A stretch of 64,000 bases of DNA from an uncultured Gammaproteobacteria bacterium (lineage in GTDB: Bacteria > Patescibacteriota > Patescibacteriia > VMEV01 > CAYQCH01), in NCBI GenBank assembly GCA_964503955.1, contig CAZDCG010000002.1, positions 205,047 to 269,046 of the forward strand, given 5' to 3'. The notes under the pieces were generated by a model. It ran no database searches. It was not told the DNA's origin and saw only the letters and a program-made list of their open reading frames with translations. Made by a program: the position numbers and the translations under genes. Shown here piece by piece: positions 34,997 through 44,884 of the stretch (positions within the stretch are counted from its first letter, which is position 1; each line of letters begins with the position of its first letter).

Positions 34997-37401
34997 ATGC
35001 TATGCCCCTCAAGCAGTATCAAAGCAAACGGCGCTTTTCAGAAACTCCTGAACCGCGAGGCAAAAGTACCCCAAAGAAAAAAGGGAAACGGTTCTGCGTG
35101 CAGAAACATGCCGCGTCTCACGTGCATTTCGATTTCCGCGTTGAAATAAACGGAGTGCTCAAAAGCTGGGCTGTCCCAAAAGGCCCATCGATGAATCCCT
35201 CTGACAAACGCATGGCGCTGCTTGTCGAAGACCATCCGCTTGATTATCTTTCCTTTGAAGGTTATATCCCGCAAGGGAATTACGGAGCCGGCAAGGTGAT
35301 TGTCTGGGATATTGGAACGTTTCAGCCGCTAACGGGGAAATCTCCAGCAATGCAGTTCAAGCAGGGAGTGATGCACTTCGTACTTGAGGGGAAGAAATTG
35401 CGAGGGGAATTTACCTTGATTAAAACAGGAAAAGAGAAGCAATGGCTCCTGATCAAAAAAAGTGATCAGTACATTTCAAAGCAAAATTTCCGTTTGAATA
35501 TCGATTCAGCTCTTTCGCATTCGACCCTGCTTGATAAGCGAGAATCGCACCCGGAGCATAAAAAGAAGATGCCGGCATTCTTTTCACCCATGCTTGCCAC
35601 CCTCGTGGACGAAGCGTTTGATGACAAAGGATGGGACTTTGAACTTAAATGGGACGGATATAGAGCTTTGGCATTTATCGACAAAAAAACACATCTTTTT
35701 TCCAGGCGGGGAATCCTTTATGATCGCAAATATCCTGAAATTCTTGAAGCTGTTTCATTCATCTCCGAGCGAGCTATCCTAGACGGAGAAATTATTGCTC
35801 TTGATGAGAAAGGAAAACCGAGTTTTCAGCTGCTGCAAAATCCGGAAAAACCTAAAGCGCTGCAATATATTGTTTTCGATCTTTTATTTTTGCACGGCAA
35901 GGATTTGCGAACCTATCCGTACCGGGAACGGAGAAACCTCCTTGAATCCATCCTCCCTAAGCATGACCCAAGGCTTGTATTGAGTCCGGTTGTAGAAAGA
36001 GCCGGCAAGAAGCTGCTAAAAGAATCCATCAAACGGGGATTTGAAGGGGTGATCGGCAAAAAGAACGATTCCATCTATGTCCCGGGGAAACGTTCCGCTG
36101 AATGGGTAAAGGTGAAAACCACGCATCGCCAGGAAGCGGTTATCGGTGGTTTTACGCGGCCCAAAGGATCTCGAAAGGGATTTGGATCCTTGCTTCTGGG
36201 CATCTACAAAAAGCATAGGTTAATCTATGCAGGAAATTGCGGAACCGGGTTTGATGACCGGCTCATTCAGGATCTCCATCGCCATCTTGAAAAGGTGGTT
36301 ATTTCTCAATCACCGTTTGCGGATTATCAGCACGATAAAAACGCGGTCTGGGTAAAACCAAAGCTGCTTTGCGAGGTGAAATTCACTGAATGGACCAAGG
36401 AAGGGAAAATGCGCCATCCGGTCTTTATTGGATTAAGGCAGGATAAACCAGCAAAGGAGGTTAACAGGGAACAGCCAAAGCAGAGAAATACCAAAAGAAC
36501 ATTTAATTTTCTTACCCATCAGGACAAAGTCTTTTGGCCGGAGGAAGGCTATACCAAAGGCGATTTGCTGGCGTACTATCAGGCGGTCCACTCGTTCATT
36601 TTGCCGTATCTGAGGGACAGGCCATTATCCATGCTTCGCCACCCAAACGGTATAAAGGGCAAGAGCTTCTTTCAAAAGAATGTTGAATATGACGTGCCGG
36701 ATTTCATGGAGACAAGAAAGATCCGTTCTGAACATGAAGGCAGGGCTATACGTTATCTCATCGCCAATAATCTCGAAGCACTTTTGTATGTGGTAAATCT
36801 AGGCTGTATCGAGTTAAATCCCTGGAATTCAAGGATTGAGTCTCTTGATCATCCAGATTATCTGATCATTGATATTGATCCTTCAACGAATGGATTCAAG
36901 GATGTTGTGCAGGTAGCAAAAACCGCTAGAAAGGTTCTTGATGAAGCCTGTGTCGAATCCTACTGCAAAACATCCGGAAAGCGGGGATTGCATGTGCTTG
37001 TGCCCATGCCCATGGGAGCAGCTTATACGTACGAGCAGACCAGGGTTTTTGCTGAATTGCTGGCGAATGTTATTCATGCTGAGCTGCCGGGTCTCACCAG
37101 CGTCGAGCGTTCACCAGCCAAACGAAAAGGAAAAATCTATCTGGATTTTCTTCAGAATCGCAAAGCGCAGACGCTGGCATCGCCGTATTGCGCGCGTCCG
37201 TGGCCCGGAGCGACTGTTTCCGCCCCATTGGAGTGGAAGGAAGTAAATAGCCGGCTGAACCCCGCGAAGTTTACCATCAAAACCATGCCTGACCGGCTGA
37301 AAAGAAGAGGGGACCTCTGGGAGGGAATGCTGGAACAGAAAACGGATTTAGATTATGCCGTAAGCTGCTTAGAACGATATCTGAAGAAGAGAAGATCATA
37401 A
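34993..37401 (+). CDS. ligD: Multidomain ATP-dependent DNA ligase LigD (phosphoesterase, ligase and polymerase/primase domains).
   Basis: 802 aa, with an ATGA overlap onto the ku stop. The phosphoesterase domain has FCVQKHAASHVHFDFRVE. The ligase domain has the KxDG motif (ELKWDGYRA). The C-terminal LigD polymerase domain is present. Confidence 0.85.
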   Translation: MNAMPLKQYQSKRRFSETPEPRGKSTPKKKGKRFCVQKHAASHVHFDFRVEINGVLKSWAVPKGPSMNPSDKRMALLVEDHPLDYLSFEGYIPQGNYGAGKVIVWDIGTFQPLTGKSPAMQFKQGVMHFVLEGKKLRGEFTLIKTGKEKQWLLIKKSDQYISKQNFRLNIDSALSHSTLLDKRESHPEHKKKMPAFFSPMLATLVDEAFDDKGWDFELKWDGYRALAFIDKKTHLFSRRGILYDRKYPEILEAVSFISERAILDGEIIALDEKGKPSFQLLQNPEKPKALQYIVFDLLFLHGKDLRTYPYRERRNLLESILPKHDPRLVLSPVVERAGKKLLKESIKRGFEGVIGKKNDSIYVPGKRSAEWVKVKTTHRQEAVIGGFTRPKGSRKGFGSLLLGIYKKHRLIYAGNCGTGFDDRLIQDLHRHLEKVVISQSPFADYQHDKNAVWVKPKLLCEVKFTEWTKEGKMRHPVFIGLRQDKPAKEVNREQPKQRNTKRTFNFLTHQDKVFWPEEGYTKGDLLAYYQAVHSFILPYLRDRPLSMLRHPNGIKGKSFFQKNVEYDVPDFMETRKIRSEHEGRAIRYLIANNLEALLYVVNLGCIELNPWNSRIESLDHPDYLIIDIDPSTNGFKDVVQVAKTARKVLDEACVESYCKTSGKRGLHVLVPMPMGAAYTYEQTRVFAELLANVIHAELPGLTSVERSPAKRKGKIYLDFLQNRKAQTLASPYCARPWPGATVSAPLEWKEVNSRLNPAKFTIKTMPDRLKRRGDLWEGMLEQKTDLDYAVSCLERYLKKRRS

Positions 37402-37454
37402 ATGATGCAGGATTTCTCAGGTCCGGGCTTGTTCGCCTGGTGTCTGGCGCATCA

Positions 37455-37508
37455 AAAAGCCGGAATGCAGCGGCGCAACGAATTACGCTCGTACATTCCG
37501 GCTTTTTG
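37455..37508. terminator. Bidirectional terminator hairpin between ligD (+) and tRNA-Tyr (-).
   Basis: AAAGCCGGAATG-(26 nt)-CATTCCGGCTTT followed by TTTT. The reverse complement gives a T-run for the minus strand. Confidence 0.5.
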
Positions 37509-37594
37509 TGGTGGGCCGGGAGGGATTCGAACCCCCGAAGGCTGATGCCAGCAGATTTACAGTCTGCCCCGTTTGACCGCTTCGGTACCGACCC
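37509..37594 (-). tRNA. tRNA-Tyr (anticodon GTA) with a long variable arm.
   Basis: The reverse complement reads GGGTCGG...GCAGA-CTGTAAA-TCTGC...long variable arm...TTCGAATCC...CCGGCCC-A-CCA (86 nt). Confidence 0.8.
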
Positions 37595-38138
37595 TTGAAG
37601 ATAAAAAACATGGTGCTCCTTTGCACCAGTTATAGGCAAAGTATATGAGAAAAGCAGGTATTAGTCAATTTGGCGAATGTTTTGTATAGTCAGACGCAAG
37701 GAGGGCTTGTGAAGGACATTCGGTATTTCTTGTTTATTCCTTCCAAACTTGACCCGGAGGAAATCACAGCCGATCTTGAGGATATGGGGCTTAAGGCTTC
37801 CGCGGATCCGGAGGGGACGCTGGTGTACGTTTACAGCAGTATGGCGGCCACCACCATTATCCATCTCGAGAGGCTGCATGGTATCCTGTCATTCACGCCG
37901 GACCAGGTAACCATGTGAGAGTGAGCAAGGGGGCAAGGGGCTTGCGGTCAAGCGGGCCCCCCGCTTAGACTATTGCAAAACAAGAGGGTTTCTGGTATGA
38001 TTCGATTAACTGGCAGCCATGCCGGTTTTTCATATCTATCCTTGATTCCAAGGTTGTAGGCCTGCCTGAGCCGTTCCCTATAAACAGGCCCTCTAGAAGA
38101 ATCGATTATACGGCGGGGAGCAGAAGAGAGCGTATTGT

Positions 38139-38214
38139 GCCGGGATAGCTCAGCTGGTAGAGCAGCTGTTTTGTAAACAGCGGGTCGCAGGTTCGAATCC
38201 TGTTCCCGGCTCCA
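38139..38214 (+). tRNA. tRNA-Thr (anticodon TGT).
   Basis: GCCGGGA...GCTGT-TTTGTAA-ACAGC...GCAGG-TTCGAAT-CCTGT-TCCCGGC-T-CCA (76 nt). Confidence 0.85.
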
Positions 38215-38298
38215 TCTTTCTTCTCTCTTTCTCGTCGTCATCGATTAGAGGCCGGCTCAGGCAGCAGCTTACGTGAATGTGTTAATTCTGATACACTT

Positions 38299-38454
38299 AT
38301 GTCACAAGACAATCTCGCAAAGCTCGAGTGCACATCTTGTAAGCGCGTGAACTATCACAGTCACCGCAATAAGAAACGCGTGAAAGAAAAGCTCTTGCTC
38401 AGCAAGTTCTGCAAACACTGCGTGAAGCACGTCGAGCACAAAGAAGTTAAATAA
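38299..38454 (+). CDS. rpmG: 50S ribosomal protein L33. It is below the 60-aa cutoff of the ORF track.
   Basis: 51 aa: MSQDNLAKLECTSCKRVNYHSHRNKKRVKEKLLLSKFCKHCVKHVEHKEVK. It has the L33 zinc ribbon (CxxC...CxxC) and the conserved ...HKE(V/I)K ending. Confidence 0.8.
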   Translation: MSQDNLAKLECTSCKRVNYHSHRNKKRVKEKLLLSKFCKHCVKHVEHKEVK

Positions 38455-38474
38455 ACAAACATTGAGGCGGGGAT

Positions 38475-39539
38475 ATGAAAGAGATCAAAAAATTGCCTTC
38501 CTATTTCCTGATTGCTTTGGTTCTGGCCAGCTTGTACTTCGCTTACATCCTGTTCAGGCCCTTTATCGCAGTCATCGTGATGGGGGCAATTTTTGCGTTG
38601 ATGCTGCACTGGCTCTACAAATGGCTGCTTGCAAAGCTCAAAGGACGCGACTCTCTTGCGGCCCTTTTGACGGTGCTGGCTTTTGTGCTGGTGATTATTA
38701 TTCCGGTAGGGAATTTTGTCGCATTGCTGGTCAAAGAGAGCATTGATTCGCTGCCGAAACTTGAGCAGCGCATCGCAAGCGGCGAAGTTTCTGAGGCATT
38801 CAACCAAACAGTTGATCAGTTAAAAGTCTGGCAGGAACGTTTCCTGCCCTTTGTTGATTTCAGCTCAATCGACTTCCGTGCATTGATTCTTGATATTGGC
38901 CGCAAATTCTCAAATTTCATTGTCGCGAACGCGTCTGTCATTCTGAGCGGAACAACCAATTTCATCATCAGCCTGTTCTTCATGCTGATCACAATGTACT
39001 ACCTGCTTAAAGACGGAGAGCGGTTTGTTGTACGCGTGATGAAGCTTACGCCGATGCCGAGCAAGTACGATGTGCGCTTATTTGAGAAATTCCGCGATAT
39101 GAGCCGCTCCACCGTGCTTGGTTCACTGGTAACGGCGGTCGCTCAAGGCATCCTGGCATCAATCGCATACGCGATTGCGGGGCTTCCTCCGCTCTTTTTA
39201 GGTGTTGCAACCGGCGTCGCCTCGCTGATTCCCGTGGTGGGAACAGGGCTCGTCTGGGTACCTGTTGCGATTGTCCTGGCTATTGCCGGCAAATGGTTTG
39301 CCGCAATTTTCCTGGCTGCCTATGGAGTCCTTGTCATCGGCCTTTCGGACAATATCATCCGAACCTATGTCATCGGTTCAAAAACCAAGATTCATCCATT
39401 GCTGATCTTCTTCAGCATTTTTGGCGGTGTAGCCCTTTGGGGAGTGCTTGGCATCATCTTTGGACCGCTGCTGCTTTCTATGATCCTGACTGTCTTTCAT
39501 ATTTACGAACTTGAATACGATACTCTTTTAGAGAAATAG
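38475..39539 (+). CDS. AI-2E family transporter (PerM/YdiK-like, UPF0118).
   Basis: 354 aa, polytopic. The N-terminal pattern FLIALVLASLYFAYILFRPFIAVIVMGAIFALML and overall topology are typical of AI-2E permeases. Confidence 0.7.
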   Translation: MKEIKKLPSYFLIALVLASLYFAYILFRPFIAVIVMGAIFALMLHWLYKWLLAKLKGRDSLAALLTVLAFVLVIIIPVGNFVALLVKESIDSLPKLEQRIASGEVSEAFNQTVDQLKVWQERFLPFVDFSSIDFRALILDIGRKFSNFIVANASVILSGTTNFIISLFFMLITMYYLLKDGERFVVRVMKLTPMPSKYDVRLFEKFRDMSRSTVLGSLVTAVAQGILASIAYAIAGLPPLFLGVATGVASLIPVVGTGLVWVPVAIVLAIAGKWFAAIFLAAYGVLVIGLSDNIIRTYVIGSKTKIHPLLIFFSIFGGVALWGVLGIIFGPLLLSMILTVFHIYELEYDTLLEK

Positions 39540-39543
39540 ATCT

Positions 39544-40605
39544 ATGGCGGAAGAAACAACAAATAAAAAGGAGGAAATGATGAAAACGGAAGAGCCGGTT
39601 GCTGATCAGCCTGCAAAATCAGAGAAAGAAAAGTCTACGGCAAAAAAGAAGCCGAAGTCTGCGGCGAAAAAACCCGCGAAAAAATCCGTGAAGACCAGGC
39701 CGGCTGCTGAGAAAGCGGCAAAATCCGAGTTGAAGGAAACCGCGGCGAAGAAGCCTCTGACATTCGCCCAGGATCAGAAGAAGGTGACGATCACAAAAAA
39801 AGCAAAGAAAGGCTCGTTTGCGGCCATTTTCGTCGCGATTATTGTCTTTCTATTCTTGTCAGCGGCATTGTATCAGACCAGGCAATTATCTCAGCAGAGC
39901 AAAATGGAAGTTTCTTCTATCCGAGAAGACGTCACAAGCGAAGTAGATTCTCTGAAAAGCCATTTGCAGACCATTGCAGATGAGTTAAAACAGCAAAAGC
40001 TTAAAGAGTCTGAACAGGTATTTACTGTCTATACGAATGATGTCTTGGGCGTCTCTTTTCAATATCCGCCAGAAATGGGGGAAGTGACAGAAGAAGCCGT
40101 TGCATCAAGCGGAGAAGGTGATGACAGTTCTGAAATCGTCACGTTGAGCTTTACGAATAATCCGGATATCTGGCTCATCCTCAGCACGGAAAACGCTCAA
40201 TCAGAAGACCCGCTCGTCTATGCCGGCGGTGAAGCTGATCTCTCGCAACTCTGCGTTGATCCGCTTGCGATTGCGGATCGCTCGTATTGCGACCGCATCG
40301 TTGTCTCCGGACAATCAACGCATAGCCTTGTCTTTACGATCGGTGAAGAGGAACAAATCGACGGTGTTGTCAAAACCGTCCCGCTTAACGCAAGCGGTCC
40401 ATACAAAGGCATGACAATCAATCTGGCATTAGGCAAGCCTCCTGTGAGAGGAAGAAACCTATTCGCGCCGCAGAATGCGTCCGATGAGACAGTGGTGCTT
40501 GAAGATTTCCTCAGAAATCTAATTAAACGGGAGAAGCTTTCTCTGATTGTAAAAGAAAATCTGGAAGCTTTTGATAAAATCGTTGAGACAATTCAGGTTA
40601 AGTAG
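39544..40605 (+). CDS. Hypothetical protein with a lysine-rich N-terminus and a single TM.
   Basis: 353 aa. The N-terminus is rich in K, A and E. TM helix (FAAIFVAIIVFLFLSAALY). No family recognised. Confidence 0.45.
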   Translation: MAEETTNKKEEMMKTEEPVADQPAKSEKEKSTAKKKPKSAAKKPAKKSVKTRPAAEKAAKSELKETAAKKPLTFAQDQKKVTITKKAKKGSFAAIFVAIIVFLFLSAALYQTRQLSQQSKMEVSSIREDVTSEVDSLKSHLQTIADELKQQKLKESEQVFTVYTNDVLGVSFQYPPEMGEVTEEAVASSGEGDDSSEIVTLSFTNNPDIWLILSTENAQSEDPLVYAGGEADLSQLCVDPLAIADRSYCDRIVVSGQSTHSLVFTIGEEEQIDGVVKTVPLNASGPYKGMTINLALGKPPVRGRNLFAPQNASDETVVLEDFLRNLIKREKLSLIVKENLEAFDKIVETIQVK

Positions 40606-40679
40606 ATCAAATGAAAAAACAGCTCCATGCGGTGCTGTTTTTATTTGATATCAAGTACTTGTTTGCTCCGGAAGTTGAG

Positions 40680-40753
40680 TGGCACGGGCGCTAGGACTCG
40701 AACCTAGAATGGCGGTTTTGGAGACCGCAGTGTTACCATTACACCACGCCCGC
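40680..40753 (-). tRNA. tRNA-Trp (anticodon CCA).
   Basis: The reverse complement reads GCGGGCG...GCGGT-CTCCAAA-ACCGC...CTAGG-TTCGAGT-CCTAG-CGCCCGT-G-CCA. Confidence 0.8.
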
Positions 40754-40832
40754 AGAGAGTATGCTACACTGTTATGAGCGATGTGTTGAGATATTACCCT
40801 ATCACTGATCGACTGTAAAGAACGCTGTTTCT

Positions 40833-41465
40833 ATGTTTAAAGACCGTACAGAAGCCGCGGAGCTTCTTGCCGATTATATCTTAGACTTTAACTGGCGCGA
40901 CCCTGTTGTGATCGCTTTGCCAAGAGGCGGGGTGCCGGTCGGAGAGGTTATTGCCCGCAAACTGAAGGCTCCTCTTGATCTTGTTGTGCCAAGAAAAATA
41001 GGAAATCCGAAGAATCCGGAGTATGCGCAAGGAGCGATAACGGAAACGGGAGACTTTATTCTCAATCCTGATCACCCGGAAATTTTTTCTGAGCCCTGGT
41101 TTGAAGAAGTGATTAAAAAAGAACAGGAAGAAGCCCAACGAAGAATGGCGCTCTATCTTGGAGGACGAAAAAGAATTCCGCTGAAAAACCGGCAAGTCAT
41201 CCTCGTGGACGACGGCATGGCAACTGGCTTAACCATGCGCGCTGCGATACAATCAATACGCCACCAAAAACCCAGAAGCATAACGGTTGCCGTTCCTGTT
41301 GCTCCTCCTGAAGTGGTCGCCGATATCGGCCGCCAGGCAGATCATGTGATCTGCATCAAGCGCCCGAAAATTTTCATGGCAGTGGGCGCTCACTATCAGG
41401 ATTTCCCCCAGATCACCGATGATCAGGTGATCTCAATCATGAAAACAAAAAAGAATCGTTTATGA
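40833..41465 (+). CDS. Type I phosphoribosyltransferase family protein.
   Basis: 210 aa. The PRPP-binding motif is VILVDDGMATGLTM. The N-terminus ALPRGGVPVGEVIA is typical of PRTases. Confidence 0.6.
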   Translation: MFKDRTEAAELLADYILDFNWRDPVVIALPRGGVPVGEVIARKLKAPLDLVVPRKIGNPKNPEYAQGAITETGDFILNPDHPEIFSEPWFEEVIKKEQEEAQRRMALYLGGRKRIPLKNRQVILVDDGMATGLTMRAAIQSIRHQKPRSITVAVPVAPPEVVADIGRQADHVICIKRPKIFMAVGAHYQDFPQITDDQVISIMKTKKNRL

Positions 41466-42331
41466 TCATTGCGACATCGTTTAGCAGCCAGCTGGCAAAG
41501 AAGGTTGCTCAACGAACAAAAACGCCACTGATGACCGTAAAACGCGGTTTATTTCCTGATGGAGAGCGGTACTACCGTTTGGTCTACCGCCGGCAGCCAA
41601 GATCGGCCTATTTGATCGGTGCCGTCACGCATGATCCGGAATCGCTGTTTGAATTGATTTGTCTGGCAGAAGCGGCGCAGCAGAACGGTATCGCTCTTAA
41701 GTCAGTGATTATCCCGTACCTTGCCTATGGCCGCCAGGATGATATTTACGAGAAAGGGGAGCCGATCATGGCCCAATGCATCGCTCATGCGCTGACCAGA
41801 ATTCCCGCGGTTCGGTTTCACGTTATTTCTTTGCATAGCGATAAAGTACGCGATTATTTAGGGCCGCATGACGAAATCGATGCCCTGGACCTTGTTAAAA
41901 AACGCATTCGTTTCAATAAGTATTCCACCATTGTCGCGCCGGATGAAGGAGCGGCCAAGCGCGCGCATGCGGTAGCGCAACCGACTCAGCGCGTGATCGT
42001 TTTGCCAAAAACACGCAAGAATAAGCTGAATATTTTACGGCCCGCAATTACTCTGCCTGATCTTCGTGGAGAGCACGTGTTAATCGTGGATGATATGATC
42101 GATACCGGCAAGACAATGCTGACGGCAGTCGCTTTGCTTAAGAAAGCCGGAGTCAAGCAAATTGATCTTGCGGCAGCTCACGCAGTTTGGTCGCCTAATG
42201 CCGTGAAGTTGCTCCGAGAAAAAATCGTTTCAAATCTGTATTTCACCAATTCTCTCAATGTCAAGAAACATCCAAAAATGCGCATCATTGATCTATCCGA
42301 AGTGATTGCTGAGCGTATAAGCCGCATATGA
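41462..42331 (+). CDS. prs: Ribose-phosphate pyrophosphokinase-like (PRPP synthetase family).
   Basis: 289 aa. It has the DGERYYRL-like N-domain and the PRPP-binding loop VLIVDDMIDTGKTM. Confidence 0.65.
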   Translation: MIIATSFSSQLAKKVAQRTKTPLMTVKRGLFPDGERYYRLVYRRQPRSAYLIGAVTHDPESLFELICLAEAAQQNGIALKSVIIPYLAYGRQDDIYEKGEPIMAQCIAHALTRIPAVRFHVISLHSDKVRDYLGPHDEIDALDLVKKRIRFNKYSTIVAPDEGAAKRAHAVAQPTQRVIVLPKTRKNKLNILRPAITLPDLRGEHVLIVDDMIDTGKTMLTAVALLKKAGVKQIDLAAAHAVWSPNAVKLLREKIVSNLYFTNSLNVKKHPKMRIIDLSEVIAERISRI

Positions 42332-42966
42332 CGCAGGAGCATAAGAAATCGCTAGGCTTCCTTCGCCTGCCATTAAGTGTTGATGGTTTTGTTTCACGAA
42401 AACTCATACACATAGGTGTGAGCCTCTTCTTTGCTGTTCTTTCCTTTCATGCAAATCCGGAATATCTTATGCCGCTTGCGGGAGCCGCTTGTCTGGTGAT
42501 ATTTGCGATTGAGTCAGTCCGCCTTTCCACGCCGGTGAAAGAAGTCATCAACGGAGCCATGGACCCCATCCTGAAAAACCGTGAAAAAAAGCAATTCACT
42601 TCCGTTTTTTGGAGCGCGATTGCAGCGTTTGTCGGCAGCGCATTCGGCAATCCGCTGGCAATAAGCTATGGGTTTGCGGTCTTTGCGCTGGCTGATCCTG
42701 CCGCCGCGGTGATCGGGCGTCAAATCAAAGGGCCGAAACTTCATCAAAAAAAGACATTACTCGGCTTTTTTGCTTTTTTCTTCGTTGCATCCGCGATAAC
42801 GCTCTTCTACTTATCATTTGCACATTATGTCGGCAATAGCTATCTAGCAGCTCTTGCCGCCGGCTTGATGCTGGCGACGGTTGAACTGTTCAGCGATAAA
42901 ATCGATGACAATTTCTCAGTGCTTTTATCAGCAACTCTTGTAATGATTTTACTCGCTGGAATATGA
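42328..42966 (+). CDS. Polytopic membrane protein, possibly of the CTP-transferase/dolichol-kinase-like (CdsA/DGK1/SEC59) superfamily.
   Basis: 212 aa with 6-7 TM helices. Assignment is by overall topology only. Confidence 0.35.
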   Translation: MTQEHKKSLGFLRLPLSVDGFVSRKLIHIGVSLFFAVLSFHANPEYLMPLAGAACLVIFAIESVRLSTPVKEVINGAMDPILKNREKKQFTSVFWSAIAAFVGSAFGNPLAISYGFAVFALADPAAAVIGRQIKGPKLHQKKTLLGFFAFFFVASAITLFYLSFAHYVGNSYLAALAAGLMLATVELFSDKIDDNFSVLLSATLVMILLAGI

Positions 42967-43862
42967 CGAATTTCTGGGTATTGATCGCGGTGGCAGGGTA
43001 TCTTACCATGGCGGTTTCTCAGCTCATCGACAAGGCGTTGCTCAACATTGCGTTCAAGGAGGCAAAATCTTTTGTTTTCCTCATTGGCGCGCTTAACATA
43101 TTCGCCCTGGTTCTGCTTCCATTTGGTGTAAGCTGGGTTTCCTGGCCGTTCTTTGCATGGGCCTGCATTGCGGGAGCCTTGTTCATTTTCGCTCTGATCC
43201 CGTTTCTCTCCTCCTTGCAGGGCGATGACGCGTCCCGCGTTATTCCGCTTGTAGGCGGCCTGGTTCCGCTTTTTTCATTTTTAGGCGAATGGCTGCTCTT
43301 TAACGCCCGATTTTCAGCGCAGCAACAGATAGCCTTTACGCTGCTTGTTGCCGGTTCCGTTGTGCTTACATTCACGCGCGCGCCTGAAAAAAAGCGCTCC
43401 TGGCTTTCTATCATCAAGGCTGTATTTGCCTCATTCTTATTTGCCGCAAGCTTTTTATTGACGGACTACGTATTTTCTCAGACGAGCTTCATCAATGGCT
43501 TCTTCTGGATGAGGGCCGGCTCATTCGGCGCGGCTTTGTTTCTTCTGGCTTCTGCCCAGGTCAGAAAGGGAATTGTCGAGTTTTTCACAAAGCATGGCTT
43601 GGGTATCAAGTCAGCGTATTTTGGAACGCAAGCGCTTAACGGCGCCGGATTTGTGATGCAGAATTACGCGATTAGCCTGGCGAATGTCAGCCTGGTCAAT
43701 GCATTACAGGGGAGCCAGTATCTGTTTATTTTAATTGTTGTTGCGCTTGCGTCCAGATTCAAGCCGGGGATCTTGAACGAACGTATTACCGTCTGGTTAT
43801 TTCTCGAAAAATTGACGGCGGTTTTCTTGATCATTGGAGGAATCGCCTTGCTGACTTTATGA
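42963..43862 (+). CDS. DMT-superfamily (EamA-like) transporter.
   Basis: 299 aa, about 10 TM, with duplicated halves. Confidence 0.45.
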   Translation: MTNFWVLIAVAGYLTMAVSQLIDKALLNIAFKEAKSFVFLIGALNIFALVLLPFGVSWVSWPFFAWACIAGALFIFALIPFLSSLQGDDASRVIPLVGGLVPLFSFLGEWLLFNARFSAQQQIAFTLLVAGSVVLTFTRAPEKKRSWLSIIKAVFASFLFAASFLLTDYVFSQTSFINGFFWMRAGSFGAALFLLASAQVRKGIVEFFTKHGLGIKSAYFGTQALNGAGFVMQNYAISLANVSLVNALQGSQYLFILIVVALASRFKPGILNERITVWLFLEKLTAVFLIIGGIALLTL

Positions 43863-44884
43863 AGCATTCCTGGAAGCGATATCTGCTGAGATTTTTCCTT
43901 TTCTCCGTTCTGCTCATAAGCGCGATCAGCCTGTTTTTGGTTTTACCATTCAAACCTGAGAAGAACGAGAATGCCTTGCTTGGATTTACCTTCAGCGTGA
44001 AAGCGGCAGAATCGCTGGGGCTTGATTGGAAGGCGGCCTACGATGAAATCATCAATGAATTGTCTCCCGATATCGTCCGTATTCCGGTCTACTGGGATAT
44101 TCTCCAGCCGGAAGAAAATAGCTTCTCCTGGGAGCAAACCGACTACCAGCTTGAACGGCTGTTGGACACCGATACCAAGGTTATTCTGGCAGTCGGACAT
44201 AAGCTCCCACGATGGCCGGAATGTCATTTGCCAGCCTGGACAAGCGGCCTTTCGCCGGAGCAGCTGCGTGTCCGGCTTTTTTCAATGGTCGACGAGGTTG
44301 TGCAACGATACAAGGAGCATCCGAATCTTCATTCCTGGCAGGTACAAAATGAATTGCTTTTTCCATTTGGTATATGTCCCGAATGGACCAAGAATCGGAA
44401 GGATTTAAAAGCATTGATCGCTCTTGTGCAGACGCTCGATGCAAATCATCCTGTTACGACTTCAGACAGCGGTGAATTAAGCTCCTGGCTCAGAACGGCG
44501 ACCCTGCCGATCGATGCCTTGAACATCAGCCTTTATCGAGCCGTCTATGGCGACTGGCATGGATATTTTTACTGGCCGGTCAACCCCTATTTCTACCGCC
44601 TGCACGCGGCAATCATGCGTCCATTTGTAGAACAGATCCAAATTTCTGAATTGCAGATGGAGCCATGGGGGCCGGCAGCTGTTCAGGAGCTCAGCACGGC
44701 CGAATCCTACAAATCATTTCATCCGTATCATTTCGCGGATAGAATCGACTTTGCCAAGCGCACGGGTGCTTCGGTAATTCTCGCCTGGGGGGTAGAGTGG
44801 TGGTACTATATGAAAGAATTGCGCGAAGAACCTTTGTATTGGCAAGAAGCGCTCAATGTGTTTCAGCAATCATATGCCGAATAA
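43859..44884 (+). CDS. Putative glycoside hydrolase (TIM-barrel, GH5/GH113-like) with an N-terminal TM anchor.
   Basis: 341 aa. Catalytic-like motifs are WQVQNELLFPFG (NEL, candidate acid/base) and ISELQMEPWG (candidate nucleophile E). Confidence 0.45.
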   Translation: MKHSWKRYLLRFFLFSVLLISAISLFLVLPFKPEKNENALLGFTFSVKAAESLGLDWKAAYDEIINELSPDIVRIPVYWDILQPEENSFSWEQTDYQLERLLDTDTKVILAVGHKLPRWPECHLPAWTSGLSPEQLRVRLFSMVDEVVQRYKEHPNLHSWQVQNELLFPFGICPEWTKNRKDLKALIALVQTLDANHPVTTSDSGELSSWLRTATLPIDALNISLYRAVYGDWHGYFYWPVNPYFYRLHAAIMRPFVEQIQISELQMEPWGPAAVQELSTAESYKSFHPYHFADRIDFAKRTGASVILAWGVEWWYYMKELREEPLYWQEALNVFQQSYAE

